Shown here: positions 12,405 through 25,638 of the stretch, one piece after another
How positions within the stretch are numbered: the stretch's first letter is position 1
How the letters are laid out: the number at the start of each line of letters is the position of its first letter
Source: Macrostomum lignano
Lineage: Eukaryota
Assembly: GCA_002269645.1 (NCBI GenBank)
Contig: NIVC01000843.1
Coordinates: 248,001-312,000 of the forward strand
Direction: 5' to 3'
Length of the DNA: 64,000 nt
Program-made: the position numbers and the translations under genes
The notes under the pieces: model-generated
Told to the model about the DNA's origin: nothing
Databases searched by the model: none
What the model saw: only the letters and a program-made list of their open reading frames with translations

Positions 12405-14273
12405 CCTGAATTTTTTATCTTAATCAGCTTCAATTCCTAAATTTATATCCTAATAATCTATTGTTTTCGTATTCCCATGTAGCTTCCATGCAGAGTATCC
12501 GCAACAATATTTTTCAGTAGAAAGTCATTCTTCAACGTAGATATGAACCACCGGAAAGGCAGAAACGATTCGAATAAATAATATCAACTGAACCTATTTT
12601 TTCTTAATTATGCTACAAAGTAAAAAACCGAATCGTCATACTGAATTTTTTTACTAAATTTCCTTATTTCAACGATTTTTTATCTAGAATAAAACTGACT
12701 ATTCCAACGAAGAGATTTATTTTAGCACTTTAAGCGCTTGAGTCAATCGACAACAGATATAGGTTAGCAATCCATTGCCTTCATTTCTGCAGCTGCCTCT
12801 TCTGCTTCTGATGCCCTAATTTTTGATGACTTCGAGAATAAAGAGTGCTCGGCCTGGGGTCTGGAGATCAATAGAGGCATCAAGGGTTGTCAATGCAAAT
12901 CCGTTTACGTGAGGGCGCATCGAAGAGCAAGATTGCGGTGGCGCTGTGGATGGGCCGGCTGCGCCCTCATTCGGACCCAGTCTGACAAGCTTGGCAAGTT
13001 GTACTACCCGACGGGATCTGTTCAAGAGATCAATGGCCGTAGATGCAGATGTTTGAAGTCCCTGCTGATAAAATTACCTAGGGGTTACTATGCGTACACG
13101 TGGCACTGCTATAGTAATACTAGAGTAACATGAGTAACAGCTAGAGCTAGCTGACAGTGGATGTCAAATTGAAAGCGCGGCTTGTAGGCGAGCGCTGCTT
13201 TTAGTCAGATGACACAATTACACTGGCAAAGAGAGTAGAATCATCAAAAAATTACCTAGCTTAAGTCGATCCTCAGACGCAGTAAAATAATTTTAATTAA
13301 AATTGAGTCATTGCTTGTAAATCTAGTGTGCCCATCACCCCAATTTTGCCCCCCTGCGCCCCGCAACTGCTTTAATATTTATATTGTGCATCGTTTATTG
13401 TTAGCATCGTTAATGATTCATATATCGAAACTGAGACATCGTTAATTATAAAAAATCATCGGTCACTCAGTTTGGCCTCTCAAAGGACGTGACGGTTCTG
13501 TCGCTGTAAAATATCCCCTGAATTTGGGGGCATCTCTGTCAGCTTCAATACCCAATGTAGTTACGAAAATTATTTTAATATATAGTTAAATTTATGGGTA
13601 TTTTAATAGCTCTTATTTCATTGTCTCTGCAACAATATTTTTCAGCCGCAAGTAACTCCTGATCAGTGCAGTTCTGAGCACACTGGAAAGAAAAAAATGT
13701 GGCCCAAATCACAGCGTCAACTAGCTTTCCGAGCCAGTCCTAAGAGTATCAGGAAAAACGATCAAGAAAGAATATTAATTAATACAACGCAGTCCAATTC
13801 TGCTCCTGTCTGGATTTAATAGAAATATTTTTTTAAATAATTTTGCTGAAAAATTAACAAAAAACTCATGCTGAGAAATTATTTACTGAAATTGTTTTTT
13901 TCATTTAATTTCAGCATACACGCTCGTGAATAAGAAAGGCAAAAGATTGTAAGAAAGATATTTGTAATAGCTAAATATCCTCAAAGGCAGAGATGAAATT
14001 GAAATAATAAGACACAGGCAATATTGGAGAGGCCACGGGGAAGGCATTACAGCGAAAACAAGGCTTCGGTATGAAACAGCAAAAGTGTTTTAAATATTAA
14101 AATATTGTGAATAAAAATCATCTCCATGACAAAAAAACCCTCGAAATAAAACGTTCTGCCTCTTGTGTTGCACTACATATATTGCTACTGCAGTAGAATT
14201 TAACAGTAGCATATGCAGCAATTTTATTTACAGGTGCCACTTACTTAAAGGAAGGGGTGCCGATATTTGCTAG

Positions 14274-15135
14274 CTTGGTGGGTGCCGCTGTCTCTTGGTG
14301 GGCGCCCCTGTCTCTTGGTGGGCGCCCCGGTCTCTTGGTGGGCGCCATTGTCTCTTGGTGGGCGCCATTGTCTCTTGGTGGGCGCCCCTGTCTCTTGGTG
14401 GGCGCCATTGTCTCTTGGTGGGCGCCCCTGTCTCTTGGTGGGCGCCCCTGTCTCTTGGTGGGCGCCCCTGTCTCTTGGTGGGCGCCATTGTCTCTTGGTG
14501 GGCGCCATTGTCTCTTGGTGGGCGCCCCTGTCTCTTGGTAGGCGCCATTGTCTCTTGGTGAGCGCCCCTGTCTCTTGGTGGGCGCCATTGTCTCTTGGTG
14601 AGCGCTATTGTCTCTTGGTGGGCGCCCCTGTCTCTTGGTGGGTGCCCCTGTTTCTTGGTGGGCGCCATTGTCTCTTGGTGGGCGCCATTGTCTCTTGGTA
14701 GGCGCCCCTGTCTCTTGGTGGGTGCCCCTGTCTCTTGGTGGGTGCCCCTGTCCTATGGTGGGCGCCCCTGTCTTATGGTGGGCGCCCCTGTCTTTTAGAG
14801 GCGCCCTTGTCTTGTGGGGGCGCCCCTGTCTTATGGTGAGCGCCCCTGTCTCTTGGTGGGCGCCATTGTCTCTTGGTGAGCGCTATTGTCTCTTGGTGGG
14901 CGCCCCTGTCTCTTGGTGGGTGCCCCTGTTTCTTGGTGGGCGCCATTGTCTCTTGGTGGGCGCCATTGTCTCTTGGTAGGCGCCCCTGTCTCTTGGTGGG
15001 TGCCCCTGTCTCTTGGTGGGTGCCCCTGTCCTATGGTGGGCGCCCCTGTCTTATGGTGGGCGCCCCTGTCTTTTAGAGGCGCACTTGTCTTGTGGGGGCG
15101 CCCCTGTCTTATGGTGGGTGCCCCTGTCTCTTGAT
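14274..15135. repeat. 20-bp minisatellite (TGTCTCTTGGTGGGCGCCCC/CCAT) with a 278-bp higher-order duplication
   Basis: Read directly; identical ORF-track peptides start at 14595 and 14873, and at 14608 and 14886. Confidence 0.95.
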
Positions 15136-15317
15136 GGGCACCCTACCCTAAAGGTGCTAAGCACTCTGAATAAATTGTGCATGCTTGTTTTCGAAAATAT
15201 TTACAGAAGATACCATGTCTGCCAGTCAATTCATCCAACAACGCAGCTGCAGGGACCGACTCTATTCGATAGTGTAAATTTAGTGCATCGTAAGTCCTAA
15301 AGAAATACACAAAAAAG

Positions 15318-17022
15318 CTATTCATAAACGTAGACACTGCTTCTGTGCTCAGCAGGAGCTTCTACAGGGGCCTTGGCAGCGAGACCCAGTGGAGGCTCAA
15401 GCAGATCAACTCGTCTCTGAAATTCAAAACGTGTACAGAGAACCACTTTGCCAGCACTTTTCTGCAACGAGCATCATTAGAAGCAGTGATACCAAATACT
15501 TCTCTTGAGCAAATCTGCTGTTTCGGTTTTCACATTGTGATGGTCCCATAATCATGCGTCTATCCAGAAAGAAAATCTCACCTGAAGTACTACCTTAATT
15601 CTCAGTAGCGCTGTACATAGTGCAATGAGCGAGACAATAATTATCAAATTGAGTGTCCACTGAATCCAAATCATGAGTTGTTCCTTCTCAACCGAGCCTA
15701 AAGCTGAAATGTAGATTTGTGCTCAAAACTTGAGTTTCTACAGATTTCCGAGCGTAGTTAATTTGGGCTTACGTTTTCTAGGCCGGATTATTTGATAAAC
15801 ACTGGAGGCGAACAGTTCCGATTGTTTAGCTTCATCAAATTGCTTAGCTGAGCAATTCACAGCGAACCAATCCAAGCTGCAGCAGCTCTCGCACACCCAC
15901 TTTGATATCAGCCACTTTGATTGTAACTCCGTGTTACTTTGAAGCCTCTTCAGCATGGGACTCAGTGCATGACATTCGTGCCGAGGTGCTGGCACTGAGA
16001 AAGAGGACCTGAACGAAAGTGCCACATCTTTTCCTTGTTCTTTGATGCAAGCTTCATCTTCGACAGTGATTTCTTGTTCGACTGGGGGATCTGACGGATT
16101 CGTTTGTAGATGAAAAGTAAATTAGCTACAAAATATATTTCAACATATTGAACTTCCACACCAATGGTTAAACCAAATATACTTTCAAAAAGTTGCAATG
16201 CATTCCAAACTGACACCCAAAGTATTTTAAACTCATTTGTTAAGCCTGACTATGTGGTTTAGGACCTGATATTCTCAGAAGACACCACGTAGATTGTATG
16301 ATATTAATCTTAGATGGAGCAACCACAGAACGAGTCATTTATCATCTTCGACATATGTGTATTTCTATCTGTCTGTCATGGATTCATTGATAGAAATTTT
16401 CAAACCCTACTTTATTAAACATCAGTACTACATGTACGTACCTCTCTGCCAAAGCACATTGTACGTTGGATACCTTGACAATATTTTAAGGGATTCTTAA
16501 AATTTGCTGTTCAGAATAGCCCACAACAATTGAATGAAATATTTTTGTCTTTGAGTTGTTATTAAATAAGTCAAATAGGAACATTACACAACTCACACAG
16601 CACACGAAGATACTTGGAGCTCAACACGACACCACCTGCTCTGCAGATGTAGTTTCCCGCATCCGATGGTTGCACATGCGAAATCTCATAAGCCTGGCTT
16701 CCGTTTGCAAGAGTTCGATTCTCGTCGTCGCGAGTCAGAGTGATCAGTGAGGTATTTATTGAGCAGTTTGATTGGCAGCTCACTGTCACACTTGAGTTCT
16801 GTTTCACTTCTCCAATTGAAGCTTCGTTTGAAGTTTGAAAAACAGCTGGAGAGATCAGATACGAATAGCGGTACAATGGATGGGAAATATAACTTAAAAT
16901 TTGAATTTTAGCGACTTACTTTTGACGCCATGGAGGCCAATCCACATATCGACAAAGTTCATGCACTGCCTTTGTGGCACAGTTTCATTAGCGACATATT
17001 TTCGAAGTAGTAATATCCGAAC
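15318..17022 (-). pseudogene. Receptor locus C: 3' half (exon 4, Ig1, Ig2, TM, partial tail) cut off from intact 5' exons
   Basis: Exons 17022-16920 (103 nt), 16845-16597 (Ig1, nearly identical to B), 16090-15773 (YPPVEQ...KWVCESC), 15703-15594 (TM IWIQWTLNLIIIVSLIALCTALL), and 15416 onwards (RRVDLLEPP...SSVY). The terminal exon is unresolved. Confidence 0.75.
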
Positions 17023-17065
17023 CTGATAAATAATAATAAGTAATTAATTAAATATTTACACCTAC

Positions 17066-20000
17066 TGTTGGGGTTGTACTTTGGTTTTTCATGTTGTTTC
17101 ACTGTCTCTCTCTCTCTCTCTCCCTCCCGTGACTGATCATTCTTGCGCGCTATCGTTTTACCCCTACCTGTGTACATTTGTGCTTGCCAGTGTGCATGGT
17201 TTTAACCCCCAGCCAATCGGATGGCGTTTGTCTACTAATGTACGTGGTTTCGTGTTTTGTAGTCAAATAAATCAAAGTAACTTTCGTCACTTCGGTAGAG
17301 ATCTTTCAATGGTATTCTCCTTCGCTTGCAAACATGACTTGACTCAGTTTTTGCCTAGACTAACATTTTGGCGTCGCGAGCAGGATCATGAGCATCAAAT
17401 TGAGAGAGACGCTGCCGTTAAGCAACATAGATGAGCTTCGCGCCTGGGTTGAAGTATTTGACGCCCAGGCCAGATCCAAAGGAGTCGAAGATACCGACGA
17501 GAGACGAGCGCTGACCGACGCTTTCATGGGCTGCCTCGGGGTCGCTGAGCTTATAAAAGTCAAGCAGCTGGTTGTTCCAAAAACCCCGTCTGCGATGAAA
17601 TGGTCTGAAATCAAGCAATGCCTACTGGCGTTTGTGGAGCCCAAGAAGAAACTGCAGATCGCTGAGAGGACAGTCTTCATGTCTATGCGCCAGGCCGAAG
17701 GCGAAACCGTCACCAGCTATGCCGCTCGTCTCAGGGAGCAAGCCGTCGTATGCGAGTTCGAGAGCCTGAAAAAGGAAGGAGCGGACCCCGCCGAAGCGCT
17801 CATCAAGATGCGGCTCATTGCCGGTCTGGCCAACTCGAACATCAGGAACAAGGTGCTCGAACGTGAAGTGACTCAAGAACTGACGGTCGATCAGGTCACA
17901 GAATATGTTCAGCAGCTACTGATGGTCAGCAGCTTCTCAGCTGGGTCCCTGGCTGCTGCTCATTCGACTCTCGTGGATTCGGTGGTGCACCAGGCTAGGT
18001 CGCTGTCGACCGCGGGTCTGACTACGGCTGATGAAGCTCACTGCCATCCGGATAGCTCCGGCTCTGTCAACGTTAATTCGGTTATGAGGCAGAAGCAGAA
18101 CTTCGGACACCAGCGCTGTCAGCGTTGCGGGTTGAGATCGCACCAGAAGCCCGCTGACTGCCGAGCCCTGAGAGCCACCTGCAATCAATGTGGAAAGCCT
18201 GGCCACTTTGCCCGTGTGTGCCGCGGTGCCAGGACCCACTTCGCTGCCCCAGCTGAAGCAGTCGGCACTCAGCTGAGTCCAGAAGACTCCTATCGTGATG
18301 AGCCCGTATTCTACTGTGGAGAAGGAAAGCCTGCCGAGTTCTGCACTGTGAAAATCAATCACAGAGAAGTACTGATGGAGAAGGACATCGGTGCCTCCTG
18401 CTCGTTAATCTCACGAAGGATCTGGAATGAGCTCGGAAGGCCCCCGCTGAAGTCGGCGAAGTCGCGCATGCTGGCGTATGACGGACACGTTATGAGACAG
18501 ATGGGCGTTCTGGAATGCCTGGTGGAGACCACTGGCAACAACGGCCGCTTCAAGGCGGCAGAGCTGCCCGTCATCGACTGCCAACAGGAGTTTGGGCTGC
18601 TCGGCCGGAATCTGCTGGTCCTCGCACCGGTGCACCATGCCAGTTCTGATGAGTCAGCCGCCAGCAACAGGTATGAGAGCTTGTTGGGAATATCTGGTGC
18701 TACGGGAGAAATCCGTCTTTGTGCTGGAGCTAGGTCAATTTTCCAGGCAGCCAGAGAACTGCCCTTAGCGCTGAAGCACTTGGTTAAGAAGGAGCTGGAA
18801 CTGATGGAAAGTGCTGGAATCGTTGAGAAGGTGATGTCGTCGGAATGGGGCAGTCCAATTGTGGTGACGGTGAAGTCAGATCGGGCATCCGTGAGAATTT
18901 GTGGAGATTATTCGGCTGTTAATCGGTTGGTTCAAGACCAGACCTTCCTCACTCCCTCGATTGAGACAGCCTTTTCGAAAATGGCCAACAAGAAGCTGTT
19001 CTGTCGGTTGGACCTATCGGATGCGTACTATCAGGTTCCCCTGGATGAGGAATCGAAGGCGGTGACCACCATAAACACTCCGTTTGGTTGCTACAGGTTT
19101 AACCGGTTGCCGTACGGCATTAAGGTGTCGCCATCTGTTTTTAAACGTGTGATGGAAAAGCTCCTGGGAGACCATCCATGTGTCATAGTATATCAGGACG
19201 ATGTGCTGATCGGTGCTGCAAGCCGGGCAGAGTTGCAGAAAATTAGGGAGCAGGTGCTCAACAAGTTAAAGGCCGCAAATGTCAAGATCAACGAAGCGAA
19301 TTGCGTGATGGAAGCCAACAGCCTGAAGTTTCTTGGTCACATTATTGATGATGAAGGAATAAAACCCGATCCGGGCATGGTGAAACGTGTGATGGATGTC
19401 GAGGTGCCGAAGACCAAGAAAGATTTGGAGAGATTTCTAGGACTGGCTCAATTTTATGGACGGCTGGTTCCAAACTTTTCTGAGAAATGTCGGCCTCTTC
19501 AGGAGCTTCGCCGCGGTGACCGGGTCTTTAAATGGAACGCGGTGGCTGAGGCGGCATTTTCGGAGGTCAAAAGGAGTCTGGCCTCAAACCCGTGCATCAA
19601 GCCGTTTGATGTTTCCGCGCCTGTCTGTCTTCGAGTTGATGCGAGCGAGAAGTCCTTGGGCGCGGTGCTGGTCCAGTCTGGACATCCCGTCATGTTCATG
19701 TCCAGGGCGCTCTCACAGGCAGAAACCAATTACTCAAACATCGAGAGAGAAGCGCTGGCTATTGTTTGGGCGGTTGAACGAGCTCGGAAAATGTTGCTAG
19801 GGAAGAAATTCATTCTGCAGACCGATCACGAGCCTTTGAAGTTTATTCTGAATCCTTGCAAGAATCTTCCAAAGACTGTTTCTGCCAGACTAACCCGGTG
19901 GGCTCTGCGGCTATCGGCTTATGATTACGAGATTGAATATGTGCCGGGAAAGAAGATGCAGGATGCTGACGCTCTATCAAGGCTGAGCTTTGAAAACCTC

Positions 20001-21644
20001 GATCCTGAGACGGAGTCTGTTCACCAGACTGAGTTGATCACTGACGGAGGCTTGGTTACCGTGGAGGAGCTGAGAGAAAGTACTTCCCGGTGTTCACTGC
20101 TTCAAAGACTCCAGCAGAGAATCAGGACAGGCCGGTGGGGTCAGGTCTCTCAGCTGGAGCGGCCGTACAAAGCGTGTCGGGAAGCGTTGTCTGTGGAGAA
20201 CGGGCTGGTCATCCACGGTACCAGGGTGGTGCTTCCGACCATTCTCCGGCGGCGCATTTTGGAGACCGCGCATGATGAGGTGCACCCGAGCGCGGAAAAT
20301 ACGAAGGCCCATGTGTCTAAGGAGTTCTGGTGGCCTGGACTGGATCGCGATGTCCGTCAGTTTGTTGAGCGGTGTCAGCTGTGCGCTGAAAGACGGCCGG
20401 TGGTTCAGCGGAAAATTGACATCTGGCCATCCGAGAGCGAGCCGTGGTCCCGGGTCCACATGGACCACTGTGAGGTGCCAGGAGTGGGCTTGCTGCTTTT
20501 GCTGTCTGATGCATACTCGGGTTGGCCCGAAGCTGTCCAGGTCCCAGACAGGTCTGCGGGCAGTGTGCTGAGAGTGCTGAGAGCGGTGTTCGCCAGAAAT
20601 GAAGTGCCTCGGACGCTAGTGTCGGATAATGCGCCTGAGTTCAGGTCGGAAGGAGTCTCGCAGTGGCTGAACAGTGTCGGGCTGCCAGGAGATGCACACC
20701 CCACCGTACCATCCGGCATCGAACGGGCAGGCTGAGCGGTTGGTGAGGAGTCTCAAAGGCGGGCTGAAGACGTGGACGAAAGTGGTCCCATTTGACCAGT
20801 TCCTGCAGAAATTGCTCCTAACCATTCGCACCAGCAGGCCTAGCGGGAATCGATCCAGCTCGCCGGACATTCTCATGTGGGGACGCCGGCTGCGCCATCC
20901 GCTGACGATGACCGAGCAGGTGGGTGACTCCATCTGGCTGAGGGCTCGGCCTGGCACGGCTCCGGTTCCGGCCAAGTTCATCGTGCAGCACGGCCGGAAC
21001 ACAGCTCTGGTGACCTCAGCTGACCTACCAGACGGTGGACTGCGGATGGCGCACGCAAACCAATGGAGCTGCCGCCCGGAGGCGGAGACCGATCGGCGGC
21101 TGACCGAGGCGGCTGGATCCGAGGATCAGGCTGGGCTATCGATTCAGGGTGCCAAGGCTGGCTCTGACTCGGAGCTGCGTGAACCTGAGGTGACTGACTG
21201 TGACTCCCCGCTGAGTTCTGGAGATGAGACTCTCGAGCCCCACAGCTCGTATGATTTGCGGCCTCGTAAACCTGTTTGTTATAAGGTCTAAGGACAGGTC
21301 TTGCTTTCTTTTGTTTTTTGTTTTTCTGCTTTTGGAGGGAGCAGTGTTGGGGTTGTACTTTGGTTTTTCATGTTGTTTCACTGTCTCTCTCTATCTCTCT
21401 CCCTCCCGTGACTGATCATTCTTGCGCGCTATCGTTTTACCCCTACCTGTGTACATTTGTGCTTGCCAGTGTGCATGGTTTTAACCCCCAGCCAATCGGA
21501 TGGCGTTTGTCTACTAATGTACGTGGTTTCGTGTTATGTAGTCAAATAAATCGAAGTAACTTTCGTCACTTCGGTAGAGATCTTTCAATGGTATTCTCCT
21601 TCGCTTGCAAACATGACTTGACTCAGTTTTTGCCTAGACTAACA
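17066..21644 (+). mobile_element. Full-length Ty3/Gypsy LTR retrotransposon (Mag-like, single ORF)
   Basis: LTRs 17066-17365 and 21345-21644 (300 bp, TG...CA, about 3 differences seen). TSD CCTAC at 17061-17065 and 21645-21649. PBS tggcgtcgcgagcagga (tRNA-Ser-like). PPT ggagggagcag. Confidence 0.97.
17388..21291 (+). CDS. gag-pol: Gag-Pol polyprotein with one frameshift in integrase (~20680)
   Basis: CCHC knuckle CNQCGKPGHFARVC, protease DIGAS, RT YQDD, RNase H DAS/EREALA/TDH, integrase HHCC plus MDH/SDNAPEF. The SNGQAER tail is in the next frame (ORF 20674-21291). Confidence 0.95.
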
Positions 21645-21649
21645 CCTAC

Positions 21650-21919
21650 CCCATTTGGGCCAGATGTGCAACCGACAGCTCAGCCGCAGCTATTTGCGCG
21701 GTGCATCTGAAGGCTGCGTACGGCTGTTCAGTCCAAGGACTGGGGAGTCGCTCACACAACCTCAATTACCCCAGCTAATGCTGGCACCCATTTTACAGCT
21801 GAAGCAATACAGAGTTTGGTGTCTTTTCTCGGGATCACAAATAGTTCCAGTGCGATCGGGAATCGAAACCCGGACCTTCCAGTCGAGAGTCTGACGCAAA
21901 CCACCAGGCTACCACCCCC
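21650..21919 (-). mobile_element. SINE at the position orthologous to gene B intron 3; the Gypsy element is inserted in its tail
   Basis: Same flanks as the 8207-8516 copy (ccctgtaccaaactgagaac); its AT tail lies left of the Gypsy element at ~17030-17060. Confidence 0.8.
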
Positions 21920-21976
21920 TGTACCAAACTGAGAACTTAATAAATTCTAAATTATTCTATATTTTGCCTATAATTT

Positions 21977-23014
21977 GCTAAAGCCCCTTGGTGCTAAAGC
22001 CCCTTGGTGCTAAAGCCCCTTGGTGCTAAAGCCCCTTGGTGCTAAAGCCCCTTGGTGCTAAAGCCCCTTGGTGCTAAAGCCCCTTGGTGCTAAAGCCCCT
22101 TGGTGCTAAAGCCCCTTGGTGCTAAAGCCCCTTGGTGCTAAAGCCCCTTGGTGCTAAAGCCCCTTGGTGCTAAAGCCCCTTGGTGCTAAAGCCCCTTGGT
22201 GCTAAAGCCCCTTGGTGCTAAAGCCCCTTGGTGCTAAAGCCCCTTGGTGCTAAAGCCCCTTGGTGCTAAAGCCCCTTGGTGCTAAAGCCCCTTGGTGCTA
22301 AAGCCCCTTGGTGCTAAAGCCCCTTGGTGCTAAAGCCCCTTGGTGCTAAAGCCCCTTGGTGCTAAAGCCCCTTGGTGCTAAAGCCCCTTGGTGCTAAAGC
22401 CCCTTGGTGCTAAAGCCCCTTGGTGCTAAAGCCCCTTGGTGCTAAAGCCCCTTGGTGCTAAAGCCCCTTGGTGCTAAAGCCCCTTGGTGCTAAAGCCCCT
22501 TGGTGCTAAAGCCCCTTGTTGCTAAAGCCCCTTGGTGCTAAAGCCCCTTGGTGCTAAAGCCCCTTGGTGCTAAAGCCCCTTGGTGCTAAAGCCCCTTGGT
22601 GCTAAAGCCCCTTGGTGCTAAAGCCCCTTGGTGCTAAAGCCCCTTGGTGCTAAAGCCCCTTGGTGCTAAAGCCCCTTGGTGCTAAAGCCCCTTGGTGCTA
22701 AAGCCCCTTGGTGCTAAAGCCCCTTGGTGCTAAAGCCCCTTGGTGCTAAAGCCCCTTGGTGCTAAAGCCCCTTGGTGCTAAAGCCCCTTGGTGCTAAAGC
22801 CCCTTGGTGCTAAAGCCCCTTGGTGCTAAAGCCCCTTGGTGCTAAAGCCCCTTGGTGCTAAAGCCCCTTGGTGCTAAAGCCCCTTGGTGCTAAAGCCCCT
22901 TGGTGCTAAAGCCCCTTGGTGCTAAAGCCCCTTGGTGCTAAAGCCCCTTGGTGCTAAAGCCCCTTGGTGCTAAAGCCCCTTGGTGCTAAAGCCCCTTGGT
23001 GCTAAAGCCCCTTG
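21977..23014. repeat. 16-bp tandem array (GCTAAAGCCCCTTGGT), about 65 copies, nearly homogeneous
   Basis: Read directly; one variant unit near 22518. Confidence 0.97.
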
Positions 23015-23631
23015 CAACTGCTATCTATGAGAGAACACGTTTAGTAAATTAACACACCAAAATTGCTTTGCTAAACTTCCATCCAATCTTACGCAGACAC
23101 AGATAACCAGAATAAACTTACTAAATCAAACAAATTATACTATTAATACCATCTTGTAAAGTTAATCTTTAGTTATAAATAACATAAACCGACGGGCATT
23201 AAGTGACCATTATTAAACAATGAGAGATTTATCTTGATTTGGATTTTCAGCATCAATACAAATACAAAGACTGTACAACATTTGCACTTGGCCATATTTG
23301 ACTTCGTTTTTCTACGTTTTTCTTTCTTTCTTAGAAGGGCTAGCTTAAATAAGCTTCATACAAGCTTCAAGCTGTAATCATTATTGGAGTCCACTTGTTG
23401 CTGGCTATACTTTCACGCACTGTTGTTTCTCCAAGTCCTTGGTAACTCAACCAGCAGTTAGACCTCCTAAGGATTACTGGATTAGTTACCTTTGGTTTTA
23501 AGTAGAGCTGTAAGAACTAATTAGGATAAACGAGGCACAAATAACGGTATTGCTACAACTATAATCCGTTACATGCATAATTTCACACTGATACAATAGA
23601 AACTCGTATAAGTATAGAAGAATACAAGACG

Positions 23632-24312
23632 CTTCGGTGACAGACACTTCGATGCCAGACACTTCGGTGCCAGACACTTCGGTGCCAGACACTTCGATGC
23701 CAGACACTTCGATGCCTGACACTTCGATGCCAGACACTTCGATGCCAGACACTTCGATGCCAGACACTTCGATGCCAGACACTTTGGTGCCAGACACTTC
23801 GATGCCAGACACTTCGATGCCAGACACTTCGATGCCAGACACTTCGATGCCAGACACTTCGATGCCAGACACTTCGATGCCAGACACTTCGGTGCCAGAC
23901 ACTTCGATGCCAGACACTTTAGTCCCAGACACTTCGATGCCAGACACTTCGGTGCCAGACACTTCGGTGCCAGACACTTCGATGCCAGACACTTCGATGC
24001 CTGACACTTCGATGCCAGACACTTCGATGCCAGACACTTCGATGCCAGACACTTCGATGCCAGACACTTTGGTGCCAGACACTTCGATGCCAGACACTTC
24101 GATGCCAGACACTTCGATGCCAGACACTTCGATGCCAGACACTTCGATGCCAGACACTTCGATGCCAGACACTTCGGTGCCAGACACTTCGATGCCAGAC
24201 ACTTTAGTCCCAGACACTTCGATGCCAGACACTTTAGTCCCAGACACTTCGGTGCCAGACACTTCGATGCCAGATACTTCGGTGCCAGACACTTCGGTGC
24301 CAGACACTGCGG
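23632..24312. repeat. 15-bp minisatellite, GATGC-dominated variant
   Basis: Read directly; same right flank as the 10800-11905 array. Confidence 0.95.
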
Positions 24313-25638
24313 TGTCGAGTCACTTTAGAACCTGCTGGTTGTAACTGGATACTACTCGTAAAAGGTGTTAGCCACTGCAGCTTAATTTACTTTGATGCTT
24401 CTTGTTTTATTGTACAAATGGTATTGATGTGGATTAGCAATTATGCAATTCGAGAAATTGCGTGATACACATGTACATTGAATGGTTTTGTTATACTGCT
24501 TTTCAAAGCTTAAGCAATGGTTCTATGAATACTCAGTAAATAAGAGAAATCGCCCACACTTTTAACTTGAAAAGTGTTCTTTCGGAGAATAAAAATGCAA
24601 CAAAAATTATGCGCCAATATTAATATCAGTATAACGCCAAATATTCTATAATTATTTAACATTAAAAGGAGACCATCATGGACGTGTCTGGCTTCATAAG
24701 TAGAAGTCCTGTTCAGCCTACTAGCTAATGGGTGTAATCTATCGAATTCATATAAGATTCAGACATTATCGACCGGGTTTGATTCCATCTTGCTGTAAAA
24801 TGCCCCTGAATTTTTTATCTTAATCAGCTTCAATTCCTAAATTTATATCCTAATAATCTATTGTTTTCGTATTCCCATGTAGCTTCCATGCAGAGTATCC
24901 GCAACAATATTTTTCAGTAGAAAGTTATTCTTCAACGTAGATATGAACCACTGGAAAGGCAGAAACGATTCGAATAAATAATATCAACTGAACCTATTTT
25001 TTCTTAATTATGCTACAAAGTAAAAAACCGAATCGTCATACTGAATTTTTTTACTAAATTTCCTTATTTCAACGATTTTTTACCTAGAATAAAACTGACT
25101 TTTCCAACGAAGAGAAAAGATTTATTTTAGCACTTTAAGCGCTTGAGTCAATCGACAACAGATATAGGTTAGCAATCCATTGCCTTCATTTCTGCAGCTG
25201 CCTCTTCTGCTTCTGAAGCCCTAATTTTTGATGACTTCGAGAATAAAGAGTGCTCGGCCTGGGGTCTGGAGATCAATAGAGGCATCAAGGGTTGTCAATG
25301 CAAATCCGTTTACGTGAGGGCGCATCGAAGAGCAAGATTGCGGTGGCGCTGTGGATGGGCCGGCTGCGCCCTCATTCGGACCCAGTCTGACAAGCTTGGC
25401 AAGTTGTACTACCCGACGGGATCTGTTCAAGAGATCAATGGCCGTAGATGCAGATGTTTGAAGTCCCTGCTGATAAAATTACCTAGGGGTTACTATGCGT
25501 ACACGTGGCACTGCTATGGTAATGCTAGAGTAACATGAGTAACAGCTAGAGCTAGCTGACAGTGGATGTCAAATTGAAAGCGCGGCTTGTAGGCGAGCGC
25601 TGGAAGTATAACTTGAAATTTGAACTTTTGCGACTTAC

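Larger units (their letters stand above)
10178..13198 (+). repeat. Segmental duplication block X (copy 1; copy 2 is 21977-25600)
   Basis: 10359-10590 matches 23015-23260, and 11905-13198 matches 24313-25600 nearly base for base. Both copies carry the 16-bp and 15-bp arrays. Confidence 0.9.

Noticed and set aside
14241-15134. WWAPLSLGG / PTKRQG repeat ORFs
   Set aside because: Translations of a 20-bp minisatellite.
15143-15300. TYDAL-containing frame as the terminal exon of C
   Set aside because: The motif is suggestive, but no donor of matching phase with a plausible intron length was found.
21977-23014. CRISPR-like or telomeric array
   Set aside because: Head-to-tail units with no unique spacers, no cas genes, and not a telomere-type unit.
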